From Naegleria gruberi (taxonomy: Eukaryota), in assembly GCA_000004985.1 (NCBI GenBank), contig GG738887.1: a stretch of DNA of 64,000 bases; one strand, 5' to 3'. The notes under the pieces are model-generated. The model was given only the letters and a program-made list of their open reading frames with translations. It did no database searches and was not told the origin of the DNA. Position 1 is the first letter of the stretch. Every line of letters starts with the position of its first letter. The translations under genes were made by a program, and so were the position numbers. Shown one piece after another: positions 22,792 through 35,300 of the stretch.

Positions 22792-23729
22792 ATGCTTGAA
22801 GAAACATTTAAAAATCTCGTACTTTGGAAGAATTACATTTCGCAACAAGTAGTATCAAGCCAACCAGCTACTTTTATGAATAACAAAATTTATAAACCTT
22901 ACATTCAACCACTTTATACTGAACACATTGAAAAGAAAATATCACCCGAATTAATACACAATGCAAAAATTGCAGCTTGTACTTTATTACTTTACGGAAT
23001 CGGAAGAAGAATTTACAAATCAGGAGTATGTTTTAATTAACAATATTTGGAGTAAATTGGAATTTTAAATAGTTTATGAGGATTAAATCTAATGCCAAGC
23101 TAACGGAAAGGGATTTTTCAATTCAAAGAAAACTAATTGGAAGAGTACCACATGTTGGTGATAGTGATAATTTCAGAATTATTCATTTTCCACCATTTTT
23201 GAGTCCAATATATTCTCTTTTACCAATGCAGAAAAAGATGAAGCTTAGTGAGGAAACTATCCATGTGAGAATTGCTGGTATTGATGCTCCTGAATGTGCT
23301 CATTTTGGAATGCCAGGTTAGTAGTATTGGTATATTTTGAGATAATTTAATCCTTCTTCAGGTCAACCTTATGGAGAACATGTGAAAAAGTGGCTCACTG
23401 AATTTTTAAAGAATGAAAAAGTCAATGTCTACTTGTTGAGAAATGATCAGTATGGAAGAGCTGTTTGTTCTGTCTATGTCAGAAAATGGTGGTACTATTT
23501 ATGGTTGAAGAGATTGAATTTAAGTGAATACATGTTAAAGAAGGGATATGCAGTTTGTTACGAGGGTGAAGGTGAAGTTTATGTGGAAGGATCCAAAAAT
23601 AAGAACAAATCTTACAAAAATTATTACAAATCATTGGAAGAGAAGGCCAGGAAAGCTAAAAAGGGAATGTGGGCCAAAGCAAGTACAAGTGAATCACCAA
23701 GAGATTACAAGAGGAGAATGAAATCTTAA
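22792..23729 (+). CDS. Staphylococcal-nuclease-like (SNase/thermonuclease, LCL3-type) endonuclease with an N-terminal TM. Three exons, with introns at 23026..23072 and 23317..23361.
   Basis: Exon 1 has a TM (IAACTLLLYGIG). Exon 2 has VRIAGIDAPE, the SNase catalytic motif. Exon 3 has DQYGRAVCSVYV…YMLKKGYAV…EEKARKAKKGMWA, the SNase C-terminal half. Introns are gtatgt..aaatag and gttagt..ttcttcag and join in frame. The architecture matches the fungal LCL3 mitochondrial endonuclease. Confidence 0.7.
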
Positions 23730-23804
23730 TTTTATAATACAATATGTTTCAAAGAGTGTTGAGAACCATTTTCCATAGTTTTCTGTATATTCTATTTGAA
23801 TGAG

Positions 23805-24581
23805 TTATTTGAAAGCTTCATCAGGAATTAAAAAGTCTTTTGAACTCATCATTTCATACTTTTTGAGGAATCTTTGGAATCGTTCAGCCAAATGAGTCTT
23901 CTTTTCAAAGGCAGCAAATTGTTCTTGATGTACATAGTACGAGAATGCAAATATTCTGTAAATTCTTCTACATAAAATCCTAATTTCCTTCATTGACTTT
24001 TTGGAAATATCATTTCTTGATGGAAATAATTTTGTATCATTTAGCACTCCAGTAGATTGTGTATGAATATGGACCATATAGTCAATAGCAGGAACATTTT
24101 CCGGAGGAGTAAAAACTGGACACAAATACATTAATTCCTCACTCTCGTTAACATTGAGCATATTTGATGAAATTTTCATTTCTGGTTGTGTTTCTTTTGT
24201 ACAAACATCCTTGTGAGCAAGAATAAACAAATTGATCTCCAACAAAAATTGTCTCATATGTTCATATATCCAAACGTTTTTATCAATGGAAGCTGATGAT
24301 TGTTCTGATGATCCATTTTCATCTCCGTTTCCTTCATCATCAACCTTTCCGAATTTTGGAATGGAAATTAATCTTTTTACTTTTTTACAGCTTTTTCTAA
24401 TTTGTTTTTGTATAATTTCTTGAACAATAAACGGATTATCAAAATCCTCTTGCATTGTTGTATCGTCAGCGGATGATGATGATGATTTAGATTCCCAGCC
24501 AAAGAGTTCCTTCTTTTTAGTGCCGGGACGATTACGTCTACCACTAACAGCAGTTGTGATTCCGTTATTGTTGTTGCTCAT
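23805..24581 (-). CDS. MOB: MOB kinase activator (Mob1/phocein family).
   Basis: WIYEHMRQFLLEINLF…YLCPVFTPPENVPAIDYM…KLFPSRNDISKKSMKEIRILCRRIYRIFAFSYYVHQEQF…HLAERFQRFLKKYE is the canonical Mob1/phocein core. Conserved Cys/His zinc ligands are present. Confidence 0.85.
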   Translation of the reverse strand: MSNNNNGITTAVSGRRNRPGTKKKELFGWESKSSSSSADDTTMQEDFDNPFIVQEIIQKQIRKSCKKVKRLISIPKFGKVDDEGNGDENGSSEQSSASIDKNVWIYEHMRQFLLEINLFILAHKDVCTKETQPEMKISSNMLNVNESEELMYLCPVFTPPENVPAIDYMVHIHTQSTGVLNDTKLFPSRNDISKKSMKEIRILCRRIYRIFAFSYYVHQEQFAAFEKKTHLAERFQRFLKKYEMMSSKDFLIPDEAFK

Positions 24582-24752
24582 ATTTTTTGTTGTGATTGAT
24601 GAAATTCAAGTACGTCCTCATTATCATTAAGAATTAAAAAATCGCGCCAACCAATTTTTTCATCTCTCAAGCCTTAGCGTTTTACAGCTTGAGATAGAAA
24701 CTGAAAAAGAATTTTACGAAAGAAATGGACCTGATTTATTTAGATACTCAGG

Positions 24753-25448
24753 CTAGTATTCTTCAAAATCAAAACTTTCTTCTGGATAATCTCCCACATT
24801 GATATGATCTGGTCTAATAAAGATGCCGTGCTTTTGAGGGCAAGTGAAATATTTCTTCTTATTGACAGAACCATCATTGGTGCCGAGTGGTTCATCCAAT
24901 TGAACTCCCACCCAATAACCTTTATCAAATTGTACCTTTCCAACAAATTTAACTGTTCCTCTCATTTTCGATTCTTTCAATTCACATCTATTTTCCTTTT
25001 CAATTCCTTCTATTATTGAGGGCGAGCTATATTTTTCTTCTTCAGCAGAGAGTGGCTTTGTAGTTTTGGAAACAAATGGATCAATATTCTTTTTCTTCCA
25101 CTTTCTGAATGTATCATCTCTTTTATCATAATCTTCCTCACTAATCACATATTTTTCAACTTCCTCATCCTCATATGAAATCTTATTATTAGGATCAGTA
25201 TCAATGACGTGAATTCTCATTCTATCCCTCTGAATACCATATTCAAACAATGTCTTTCCGTCACTCAAACTGGATACTGTTGGTACTGTGTCTTCTTCCT
25301 TTGAAAATAATTGTAAATTCATAAATTGAGGTTCTGTTCCGACAATCGGATACAACTTTTTCTTCAACTCTTCCACTGTAATACCCTCATCAAATTGCTT
25401 TTCTGTTCTCAACTCCATTGTTGAGTGAGTGATAATTAACCAAACCAT
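24753..25448 (-). CDS. TBCB: Tubulin-folding cofactor B (ubiquitin-like domain plus CAP-Gly domain).
   Basis: The C-terminus has the CAP-Gly signature GTVKFVGKVQFDKGYWVGVQLDEPLGTNDGSVNKKKYFTCPQKHGIFIRP and an acidic …DFEEY tail. The N-terminal half is Ubl-like (…RMRIHVIDTDP). The true N-terminus may lie upstream. Confidence 0.8.
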   Translation of the reverse strand: MVWLIITHSTMELRTEKQFDEGITVEELKKKLYPIVGTEPQFMNLQLFSKEEDTVPTVSSLSDGKTLFEYGIQRDRMRIHVIDTDPNNKISYEDEEVEKYVISEEDYDKRDDTFRKWKKKNIDPFVSKTTKPLSAEEEKYSSPSIIEGIEKENRCELKESKMRGTVKFVGKVQFDKGYWVGVQLDEPLGTNDGSVNKKKYFTCPQKHGIFIRPDHINVGDYPEESFDFEEY

Positions 25449-25763
25449 TTTTCTTTTGTTGTATTTCTTAAAGAATTGTGTTACCTAGATTGGGTGGTGT
25501 TATTTTTTTTAATCTTATTTTAAAATTAGATTTTTTAGAACAATGGCTGAATACAATATATTAAGAAAATTGGCGGGAACAAGATGTTCCTTACATACAA
25601 ATTTGAAAGCCATTTCGGTAATTCTTCTACCGAGGTGCTTACAATAAAAAAGTTTTCAAAATTAGTAACTTGTGAAATTACTCCTTGCCACAGTAAACTT
25701 AGCAATCATTGTCAATTTAAAATATCAGTTGAAGCTTTTTTCAGTTTGTTTACAAAATCAAAA

Positions 25764-26942
25764 AAAATGTCTCAACAACTAATCTCGCTCCCAGCCAGTC
25801 AAACAAAATTCTCTTCCGATCTCTTTGGTGAATTGCTAACAACATTATCCGGTAACAATCTTGTATTTTCTCCCTTGTCTATTTTTATGGCTCTTTTAAT
25901 GACACTCGGAGGAGCTGATGGAGAAACGTTGACTGTGATGAAGAAGGCTCTTCATATTGCAATCAATAATACTGATATAAAGAGATGGAGAGAAAATACA
26001 ATGAAGGGATATGTGAAAGATACAATGTCTCTTGTCAAGAATAATCCTGATATGATTTCAATGGCTAATAGAATTTTCTTGGAACAATCGTCTATGATAT
26101 TGGAAGATTATAAGAGCTGGGTCGAAAATACTTTTGAAGTTTCTGTTCAATTGAGTAATTTTGTTGGAAATTCGAATGAAGAAAGGTTGAAAATCAATGA
26201 GTGGGTTGAAAAACAAACTAACAATCTGGTCAAAAACTTGTTGTCTAGTTCTAGTATTGATTCATCAACTGTGATTGTGTTGGTGAATTGTATATATTTC
26301 CTTGGAAAATGGAAAACCACTTTCAATGTGTCTGAAACTCTTTCAAATCAAGTTTTTAGAACAGTTAATGGAGACACTAATTCAGCAACATTAATGAATA
26401 TGCGAAATAAGCAAATATTATATGGAGAGAATTCACAAGTTAAATATGTTAATCTTCCTTATGAAAATCCTGGATATTCCATGTACTTTGTCATGTCCTC
26501 TGATGATGCTACCATTTCAGATAGCACGGAAAAAGAAACTGAGAAATGGCTGTCAGAACAATTGAAAAACAATTCCCTAAAACAAGTTCTTCCTACACTC
26601 GAGAAAAAACTCAATCATCTTACAATTCCAAAATTTGAAATTGAATATGACATCTCACTGAAAGATATCTTATCGAAACAACCATTTGATATGAGTGTTG
26701 CTTTTTCAGCACATTGTGATTTGAGTAACATGATTGGAAATTCTATTCAAATATCAGATGTAATTCACAAGTCAGTAATAAGAGTATCAGAGCAAGGAAC
26801 AGAAGCTGCAGCAGCCACTGCTGTTATTGGTACAAGGAAAAGCAAACCAAGAATTTACAACTTTGTGGCAGATAGACCATTTATTTTTGTGATAGCTCAC
26901 GAAGATACAATACTATTCATGGGAAAGGTCAATAAATTGTAA
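25764..26942 (+). CDS. Serpin (serine protease inhibitor), inhibitory type.
   Basis: N-terminal LVFSPLSIFMALLMTLGGADGET. The C-terminal hinge and reactive-centre loop is EQGTEAAAATAVIGTRKS followed by DRPFIFVI…GKV, which are diagnostic serpin motifs. The track ORF starts at 25584, but the Met at about 25764 (MSQQLISLPASQ) fits serpin length better. Confidence 0.85.
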   Translation, partial: KMSQQLISLPASQTKFSSDLFGELLTTLSGNNLVFSPLSIFMALLMTLGGADGETLTVMKKALHIAINNTDIKRWRENTMKGYVKDTMSLVKNNPDMISMANRIFLEQSSMILEDYKSWVENTFEVSVQLSNFVGNSNEERLKINEWVEKQTNNLVKNLLSSSSIDSSTVIVLVNCIYFLGKWKTTFNVSETLSNQVFRTVNGDTNSATLMNMRNKQILYGENSQVKYVNLPYENPGYSMYFVMSSDDATISDSTEKETEKWLSEQLKNNSLKQVLPTLEKKLNHLTIPKFEIEYDISLKDILSKQPFDMSVAFSAHCDLSNMIGNSIQISDVIHKSVIRVSEQGTEAAAATAVIGTRKSKPRIYNFVADRPFIFVIAHEDTILFMGKVNKL

Positions 26943-27052
26943 TGCTTCTACATTTAATAGTCATAAAAGTAAGCTTTTGATTTACATTTCACAAAAATAT
27001 TTACACAAATTTATTATTTTCAGATTTGATTCAATTTGATTCACACTGCTGC

Positions 27053-30000
27053 TTAATCAATTACAGTTCTTCTTTCAGCTGATCCAATTACAGTTTTTTG
27101 AACTGGCTTTGTAGTTGTGCTAACAGGAACATGAGTGGTTGATGTTGGAGTTGAGTGAAGAAGAGAGGATGAGCCACGGGAATATTCGCCTCCTTCTTGT
27201 GGCCAATCACCAATTTGTCCTTCAGTTGTTCCAGCAGTGTTAATTCCCATTCTACCAATAATTCCAGTCAACATTCCACCTTGCTCTCCTTGACCAGCCA
27301 TTACATTACCTTGAATGATAGTTTGTTCAATCAAGTCATTCAATCTTTCGATCAATTCTCTAATGTTGGTATTCAAGGCAGTTTCAAGATTGTCATGAAT
27401 CTTTCTTCTGACACGACTTTGAATGATTGGTGAAAGCATCTTGAGCATGAGTTTGTGCTTTTCAGCTTGCTTGAATTTGATATGGAGAGTGTCAACACCA
27501 ACTACAATTCCCTTAACATAGAATGGACGATTCTGACTTAATCTGGCCTTAAGCTTGAGTTTGATGTTAATACCACCTCTATCGAAATCAATATCCATTA
27601 AACCACGATCAGAAATTGATGGGAATGAACGACGATCGAATAAGAAACCAACATCCTTCAAGTGAGCAGTCATACCAAACAAGTGAGCTCCAATGAGGGT
27701 TGCACTTTCAGCCAATCTGTCAGTTGGTTTCAATTCTTCATATTTCATGGAGGTTCTATTCTTGACCTTGAATTTAACATCATCTGGGAGAATATCATTG
27801 GCCTTCAATGTAATATTGGAAATCTTAAAGTATTGACTTCCATCATCACCTTCAACCTCAATGGCATTCCAATTATTGATGGCTTCTTGAATGGCAACAA
27901 AGAGGATGGTTCTGATTTGTTCCAATGCAGATGGCTTCAATTGGAATTTACCTTGTTCATCAAGGAAGAGACGTGAAATTAACTTTTGACTTCTGTCACG
28001 AATTTCAGTATTCAATTCATCATTACGCATACTGGTTAATAATTCACGACCATAGGTAAGCATGTCATTAGTCAAGTCCATGTTCTTCTTCTCTTCAAGA
28101 ACAGTTCTACATTGCCACAATCTTTGTCTCAATTGTTCCTTTTCTTGATGAGATTCTAATAAAGTTGGTTGATTACCATATCTTCTGAAATCATTCATGA
28201 TATCTCTGAGAACTCCCTTCATTCTTTCATCAGTTCTCAAGTGAATAAAGAAAGCATTAGTAGTATCAAGCCACTTATCAAACATTTCCTTATTAGAGAA
28301 TTCATAAAGAATCAACTTGGCATAATTGAGTAAGCTCTTGAAATCATCATCTTCTCTCAATCTTTCAACTGTCTTGGTCTTTTCACCTCCTTGAGTGGCA
28401 GTATCACCAAACAAGCTCTTAACTTGATTAAACAAGTTGAACAATCCATAGAGAGCTCTTTGATAGTTTGGATCCTTGGAGAAACGTTTGTTCAATTGGA
28501 CATAACGATCAATGAGGGAATCTTCAATTTCTCTTCTGTTCTTATCATGGCTGACTGGTTCTTCTTGAGTGGATTGAGAACCAGAAATATTGGAAAGTCC
28601 AGATTTGATTGTAGGTTGTTGTTGACCAACCATTGATTGTTGAGGAACTTGTGGAATATTGGATTGGTATGGTTGACTAATTCCACTTTGGAAACCTTGT
28701 TGGGAGACATCAGATGGTTGCCATTGTTGTTGACCAAATTGTTGTTGTTCAGAAACTGGTCTAAATTGTTGAGCTTGGACATTGGATTGGAGAGATGGTT
28801 CTCTATATTGATCATCAACAATATTCTTATCAGAGAAATGACCAACTTGTCCAATTGACTGTTGGAAAGGAGCAATTCCTTGATGGGAGGTACCATAAAG
28901 TGAAGTTGGTTTCAACTCTTGACTAATACCAGAACTCAAAGGTTGTTGTTGACTGCTACCAATTCCAGAGTATCCAGAACTCAAAGGTTGTTGTTGAGAG
29001 AATTCTGGTTGTTGATAAGAAGGTTGACCAACCATTGATTGTTGAGGAATTTGTGGAATATTGGATTGTTGACCCATTCTTTGTTGACTAAGGTTTGGAT
29101 CAGTAACTCCAAATCCAGAATATTTTTCTTGAGATGGAACATTTCCAACACTTCCCATACCACTACCACTTGCGAAAGATGAGGAAGGTTGTTGCCATTG
29201 CTGACCTACCATTCCAGGTTGTTGACTAACCATTCCAGATTGACCAAATTGTTGACCATATTCTTGCTGTTGTTGCATTCTGGAGAATTCACCTGGTTCA
29301 CTAAGCTGTCCTTGATTTCTCTTCAATTCTTCTTCAGAGTGAACTTTTGAAGGGAGCAATGATTCTTCTTGCTTGTGTTGGAGATTGAGTGTTGCACCAC
29401 TGACAGAGGAAACTACTTCAGAGGTGGTTTCATGAACTGGTTCAGTCTTGCTACTCTCATCAGAAACACCCATTGATTTGATGCCACTTGCCAATTTGGA
29501 AATAATATTACCAGAGCCCTTCTCATCAATGTTGACTTCACCTGCAAGAATTTGCAAATATTGGAAGAATTCACCAATGGCCTCTCTGAAATCAGCACTT
29601 CTAATAAGTTGGAAGACAAAATCACGAAGACCAACAATGGATTGATAGACATCCCTGGTAGCTCCCTTCTGAGAAGTTTCGTATCCACCTTTTTTAAAAA
29701 ACATCATCCAACCATCTTGTTTTCAATGAACAAAATCATGAAAATACTTACGTTTCACACCATATCTGATATCTTCTCCAAATTCTGGAGCATACTTTTG
29801 AGAGAGATTTCTGAAACAAACGAGAAATTGTTGCATCTTCTCATCAGAGTTTCTATCTTCAATGATCAATCTGATCAGATCCAAGAGAATTAAGGTGTCT
29901 CTCTGGATTGTCTTACCTTCCCTTGTGAGGAGTGATTGACTGGAGAGAATGGATTGCTTGGCTTGTTCAATACCTACAAGAACAGCTTCATTGGATGGTG

Positions 30001-30163
30001 GAACTCCTTCACGAATTCCAGTTAATCCTTGGAATGCTGTTTCAGTTTGAGGATTTTGGAAGTGTACTTTGGTTTGACCAGGTAGAACAGGTTGAGTTTC
30101 AGTTGGAACGACACCTGGTTGACCAACAACGGTCGGTTGAGTAACTGGTTTATGTTCGACCAT
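27053..30163 (-). CDS. About 1030-aa protein with a conserved N-terminal region, a central Q/P/S-rich low-complexity region and a structured alpha-helical C-terminal domain. Two exons, with a 36-nt intron at 29716..29751. Function unknown.
   Basis: ORFs 29752..30163 and 27053..29715 join through a gtaagt…aacaag intron (…DIRYGVK|HGWMMFFKKGGYETSQ…). The centre has repeated SQQQPLSSG and NIPQ(I/V)PQQSMVGQ units. I recognise no domain. Confidence 0.5.
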
Positions 30164-30503
30164 TTTTGAATGATGGATTAGTTTTCACACAGTATGCTTT
30201 TAGTATTGCTTGGTATGTACAAAAGTTGTTGAAAATAGCACTACGCTGAAGACACTATGAGAATTTTTGTTTTAATCTTTAAAAAATGCAAGATCTTTGA
30301 AGATTTTAAACTAATCGAACGAATTGACTATTAAGGAATCTGGAAACAGAAAAGGATTTAGCACGTATTTGGATAATTGGCAAAGTAGACAGTGTATTAA
30401 ACTGTATACTCCTCTAACATAATGTAAATGGTAATTGCTTTTACTAGGAAATGATTTAAAAGTACAATAAGTGATAGTATTACAGTGATTGAATCTTCAC
30501 ATA

Positions 30504-31682
30504 TTAGAAATAATCTACATTGATTTGTTGTAATGCCTTTACGTTTTGACCAACATTGGTAACGTTACTATTCATGAAATGAGATTCATCCTTGATAGCA
30601 TCCAAACGTTGCTTTTTCAGTGTCTTTCTAGGTGCTGCATAAAAGGTGTTGTAAAATTTATCCAAATTTCTGTTCACTTCCAAAATTGCTGCAACATTTC
30701 CACATCTATTACAATAATTAGGAGCTGACCAAATGGTTGACAATTTATCGTCCCATAAAACCTGATATCCATCCATACATAATTGATGTGAACGAACAAT
30801 GTGACTAATCTTATTGGTAGCACAAAATTCATTGGCAAATTTCTTTGAATAGACAAATCCAATACCACGTAAATTTAATTTGAAATCTCCAACATTTCCA
30901 TCTCTTTTATCTTCATCATCTTGACTTGGATCAGACCATAAAAGATCTGAAATTGGTCCCTCAGATGGAACATCTTTAAATCTTTCAAGAACTCTGATTT
31001 GATCAAGTGTTGCAATAGAAGGACTCAATCCTCCATGAACACAGAAAATTGAATCATCAATTAATGCACAAATTGTCAAATAATCAAACATGTCAGTGAA
31101 ATATTTCCAAACATTGGCATTACCATATTTTAGAATACATTCTTGATAAAATCCGTAAACTTGTGTAATTGGTCTTGATTCGTGATTTCCTAAATTTTTG
31201 TTATATTTTTCATCATTAAATTCGAAAGTAAATATTCGAAACCAAGCAAATCACATCACGATCATCATGAAATATATTTAAAATAATATTATTAACCATC
31301 ACATCACCATTTAACAAAACAACAACAAATACCACTACTACTAACCTCTCAACAATGTAATCCTCTCCGGATACCTCAATTTATAACAAGTCAATAGAGA
31401 AATAGTTTCCACCGATTGTGTTCCTCTATTCACATAATCACCCAGGAATAAATAATTGGTATCTGGAATTTTACCTCCCACTCTAAACATTTCCTTCAGA
31501 TCCAAGAATTGTCCATGAATATTACCAACAACACTGACCGGAGATTTCACTCGTTGAACGTTGGCTTCATCGATGAGAATTTCCTTGACTTTTTCACAGA
31601 TGAATTTTACTTCAAATTCTGATAAAAGACGACCTGCTTCGAGCTTTTCGATACATCTATTAACGTCCACAACTGATGACAT
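30504..31682 (-). CDS. PPP-family Ser/Thr phosphatase catalytic-subunit paralogue (PP2A/PP4/PP6-like, closest to PP6/Sit4). Catalytic residues are substituted, so it is a candidate pseudophosphatase. Two exons, with the intron at 31190..31345.
   Basis: Exon 1 ends LLRG and exon 2 begins [32 protein letters not shown] after a 156-nt gttagt…tttag intron. The motifs are GNIHGQF (canonical GDIHG), GDYVNRG (canonical GDYVDRG), GNHE, CVHGG, LRGIG, RSHQL and SAPNYC. The protein ends …DYF* instead of …DYFL. Confidence 0.75.
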
Positions 31683-32322
31683 TTTTTTTAATTAAATATT
31701 AAATAAATTTGATGACAGATGACTTATGTTACAAGTAAAAAAAGTTGAATTGTTAAATTATTGATCTAGATCAGGTTTGGTTCCTTCAAATTATTAAGAA
31801 AAGTTCCAACAGAACAGAAAAATTCACATATTAATTGGTCAAGAATCGAAAAGACGACCCCAACTCGGAATTTAAAAAAAAATACAATGCAAAGCCTTCT
31901 TCTTAGTAGTTTCACTTGTTTCGCCTCACCGCTCAAACGACAATGAGCACCCGAAGAAGCACACTTCGGGAAGGTTCCACAATCAAATAATATAAAAATA
32001 TAATTTAAAGAAGCAAAGGAAAATATATTTTTGAATTTTGTGATAAATTGTTGATGAAGTGATAAATTGTGCTACTGATTGGAATTGTAAAATATCAAAT
32101 CCACAAAAAACCTAGCTATCCATGTACTTTCAAAGATGAGTTAAAGATGAGTTAAAGCATGATGCGAAAATGAATCTGATATTCGTAGATGCTTTTGATA
32201 ATCAGCGAGGAGAAAAACGCAGATTCAGAACAAACAACGTACTCAAAATGCTAAAATTTCTAATTTGACATACACATAGAGATGACATCTGTCACGTTGT
32301 AAGTAACTATCAACACAAAAAA

Positions 32323-35300
32323 ATGAAAGTGGTACTACTTGCTATTTTGTTGTGTATTGTTATGTCTGCCAAGTTCATTGACACACAAAGTCTTCTTCTC
32401 TACAATATCACAACAATAGCAGGAGGTGGTTCTGTTGTGGGCGATGGTTTACTTGCTACTAATGCTCAATTAGCAATCCCTGCAGGCGTTGCAATTAGCT
32501 CTATTGGTGAAATAATAATTGCTGACTCCAATAATAATAGAATTCGTAAAATAAGTACAAATGGCTACATTTCAACGATAGCAGGAACAGGAAGTGCATC
32601 ATTTGGTGGTGATGGTGGACTGGCCATTAATGCACAATTAAATAGTCCTTCTGCTGTTTCTATTAGCTCAAATGGTGATATGTATATTTCGGATACGGGC
32701 AATCAAAGAATTAGAAAAATCAGTACCAATGGATATATCTCAACAATTGCAGGAAGTGGAACTGGAGGATACAGTGGAGATGGCGGATTGGCCACAAGTG
32801 CTCAATTATATTATCCCAAGGGAGTAGCTATCAGTCCAAGCAATGAAATTTATATAGCTGATACCTATAACCATAGAATTCGTAAAGTAAACACAAATGG
32901 ATATATCTCAACTGTAGCAGGAAGTGGAACTGGAGGCTACGGTGGAGATGGTGGATTGGCCACAAGTGCTCAGGTAAACTATCCATTTAGCGTGTCAATT
33001 AGTTCTACTGGTGAAATTTATATTGCTGATTATTACAATCAAAGAATTCGAAAAGTTACAACATATGGTTTTATCTCGACTGTGGCAGGAAGTGGAACTG
33101 CTGGATACAGTGGAGATGGTGGATTGGCCACAAGTGCTCAATTATATTATCCGCTTGGTGTGTCAATTAGTTCTGCTGGTGAAATTTATATTGCTGATTA
33201 TTACAATCATAGAATTCGAAAAGTTACGACATCTGGGTACATTTCTACAATTGCAGGAACTACCTATGGTTTCAGTGGAGATGGTGGATTGGCCACAAGT
33301 GCTCAGTTGTACTATCCCAATGGCGTTTCAACAGGCTCCAATGGTGAAATATTTATAGCTGACACATACAATTATAGAATTCGTAAAATTAATACCTCTG
33401 GTTACATTTCTACAATTGCAGGAACATCAAGCTTTGGAAACAACATACCTGCTACCGGCGCCAACATAGCACCAACTGGCTCCCCTACTCTTAACAATGG
33501 TAAAATTGTATTTGCAGACACCTCTGGCCAAGTGAGGCAAGTTGACCTTACTACTAATATTATTTCTACCCTAGGTGGAACTGTTGGATCTACAACAATA
33601 GTACAGGCATTCTATAATCCAACATGCGCAAAGTATTACAAGACAGATTTATATATTCTCTACTCTAACTACTATTTAGACAAGGTCACCTCAGTTGCCA
33701 GTAAGGTTGCAGGTACTGGTACTTTAAATGGATACGGTGGAGATGGTAACCTTGCAACAAGTGCAAGATTGAATTATCCTTATGGTACTGCATTTAGCTC
33801 AAATGGAGATATGTATATTGCAGATACAAACAATAATCGAATTCGTAAAGTTACAACATCTGGATATATCTCAACTGTAGCAGGAAGTGGAACTGGGGGA
33901 TACAGTGGAGATGGTGGATTGGCCACAAGTGCACAATTAAATTATCCAAGATCAGTTGCAATTAGCTCAAGTGGAGAGATTTATATTGCTGATTTCAATA
34001 ACCACAGAATTCGTAAAATTAACATCTCTGGATATATCTCAACAATAGCAGGTACTGGAAGTGTAGGATACAGTGGAGATGGTGGATTGGCCACAAATGC
34101 ACAATTATATTATCCCCAAACAGTTGCAGTCAGCTCAAGTGGTGAAATTTATATTGCTGATGCCTATAACCATAGAATTCGTAAAATTAACACCTCTGGA
34201 TATATCTCAACAATAGCAGGTACTGGAAGTGTAGGATACAGTGGAGATGGCGGATTGGCCACAAGTGCTCAATTATATTATCCATTTAGTGTGGCAATTA
34301 GTTCAGTGGGTGAAATTTATATCGCTGATACCTATAACCATAGAATTCGTAAAATTAATACCTCTGGTTACATTTCCACAATTTCAGGAACTGGAAGTGG
34401 AGGATATAGTGGAGATGGCGGATTGGCCACAAGTGCACAATTAAATTATCCATTTAGTGTGGCAGTTAGTTCAGTTGGTGAAATTTATATAGTTGACACC
34501 AATAACTATAGAATTCGTAAAATTAATACCTCTGGTTACATTTCCACAATTGCAGGAACTGGAACTGGAGGATATAATGGAGATAGTATTTTGGCCACAA
34601 GTGCACAATTAAATTATCCTTATGGACTCACAATAAGTTCAACTAGTGAAATTATTGTTGCTGATTATTACAATCACAGAATTCGTAAAATTAACACCTC
34701 TGGTTACATTTCAACAATTGCTGGCGGTTTTGGTGATGGAGATATGGCCACCACAAGTTTCATTTCAGCTTATTCATTCGAGTTCACTTTAAATGGAGAA
34801 ATTATTATAGCTGATTCAAATAATCACAGAATTCGTAAAATTACAACATTAGGATATATTTCCACAATTTCAGGAACTGGAACTGCTGGATATAATGGAG
34901 ATGAAATTTTGGCAACAAACTCTCAATTGAATAATCCTAACGGAATTGCACTAAGTTCCAATAGTGAAATTTATATAGCTGATACCAATAACCATAGAAT
35001 TCGTAAAGTCAATGCATCTGGTTACATTTCAACAATTGCAGGAACTGGAACTGGAGGATATAATGGAGATGGTGTTTTGGCCACAAGTGCACAATTAAAT
35101 TATCCTAATGGAATTGCAATTCAAGAAAATGGTGAAATACTAATTGCTGACAATAATAATCATAGAATTCGTAAAATACGCACAAATGGCTATATTTCCA
35201 CAATTGCTGGAAGTGGAATTGGTGGATTTACTGATAATACTGTAGCAACAAGTGCTCAATTAGAAAATCCCTTGGGGGTTGCAATCGGTTCAAACAAAGA

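Noticed and set aside
33011-34444. Alternate-frame ORFs (115 aa, 67 aa) inside the NHL repeat region.
   Set aside because: They are by-products of the tandem nucleotide repeats (the same MVDWPQVLN peptide recurs), and they lie fully inside the 2807-aa ORF.
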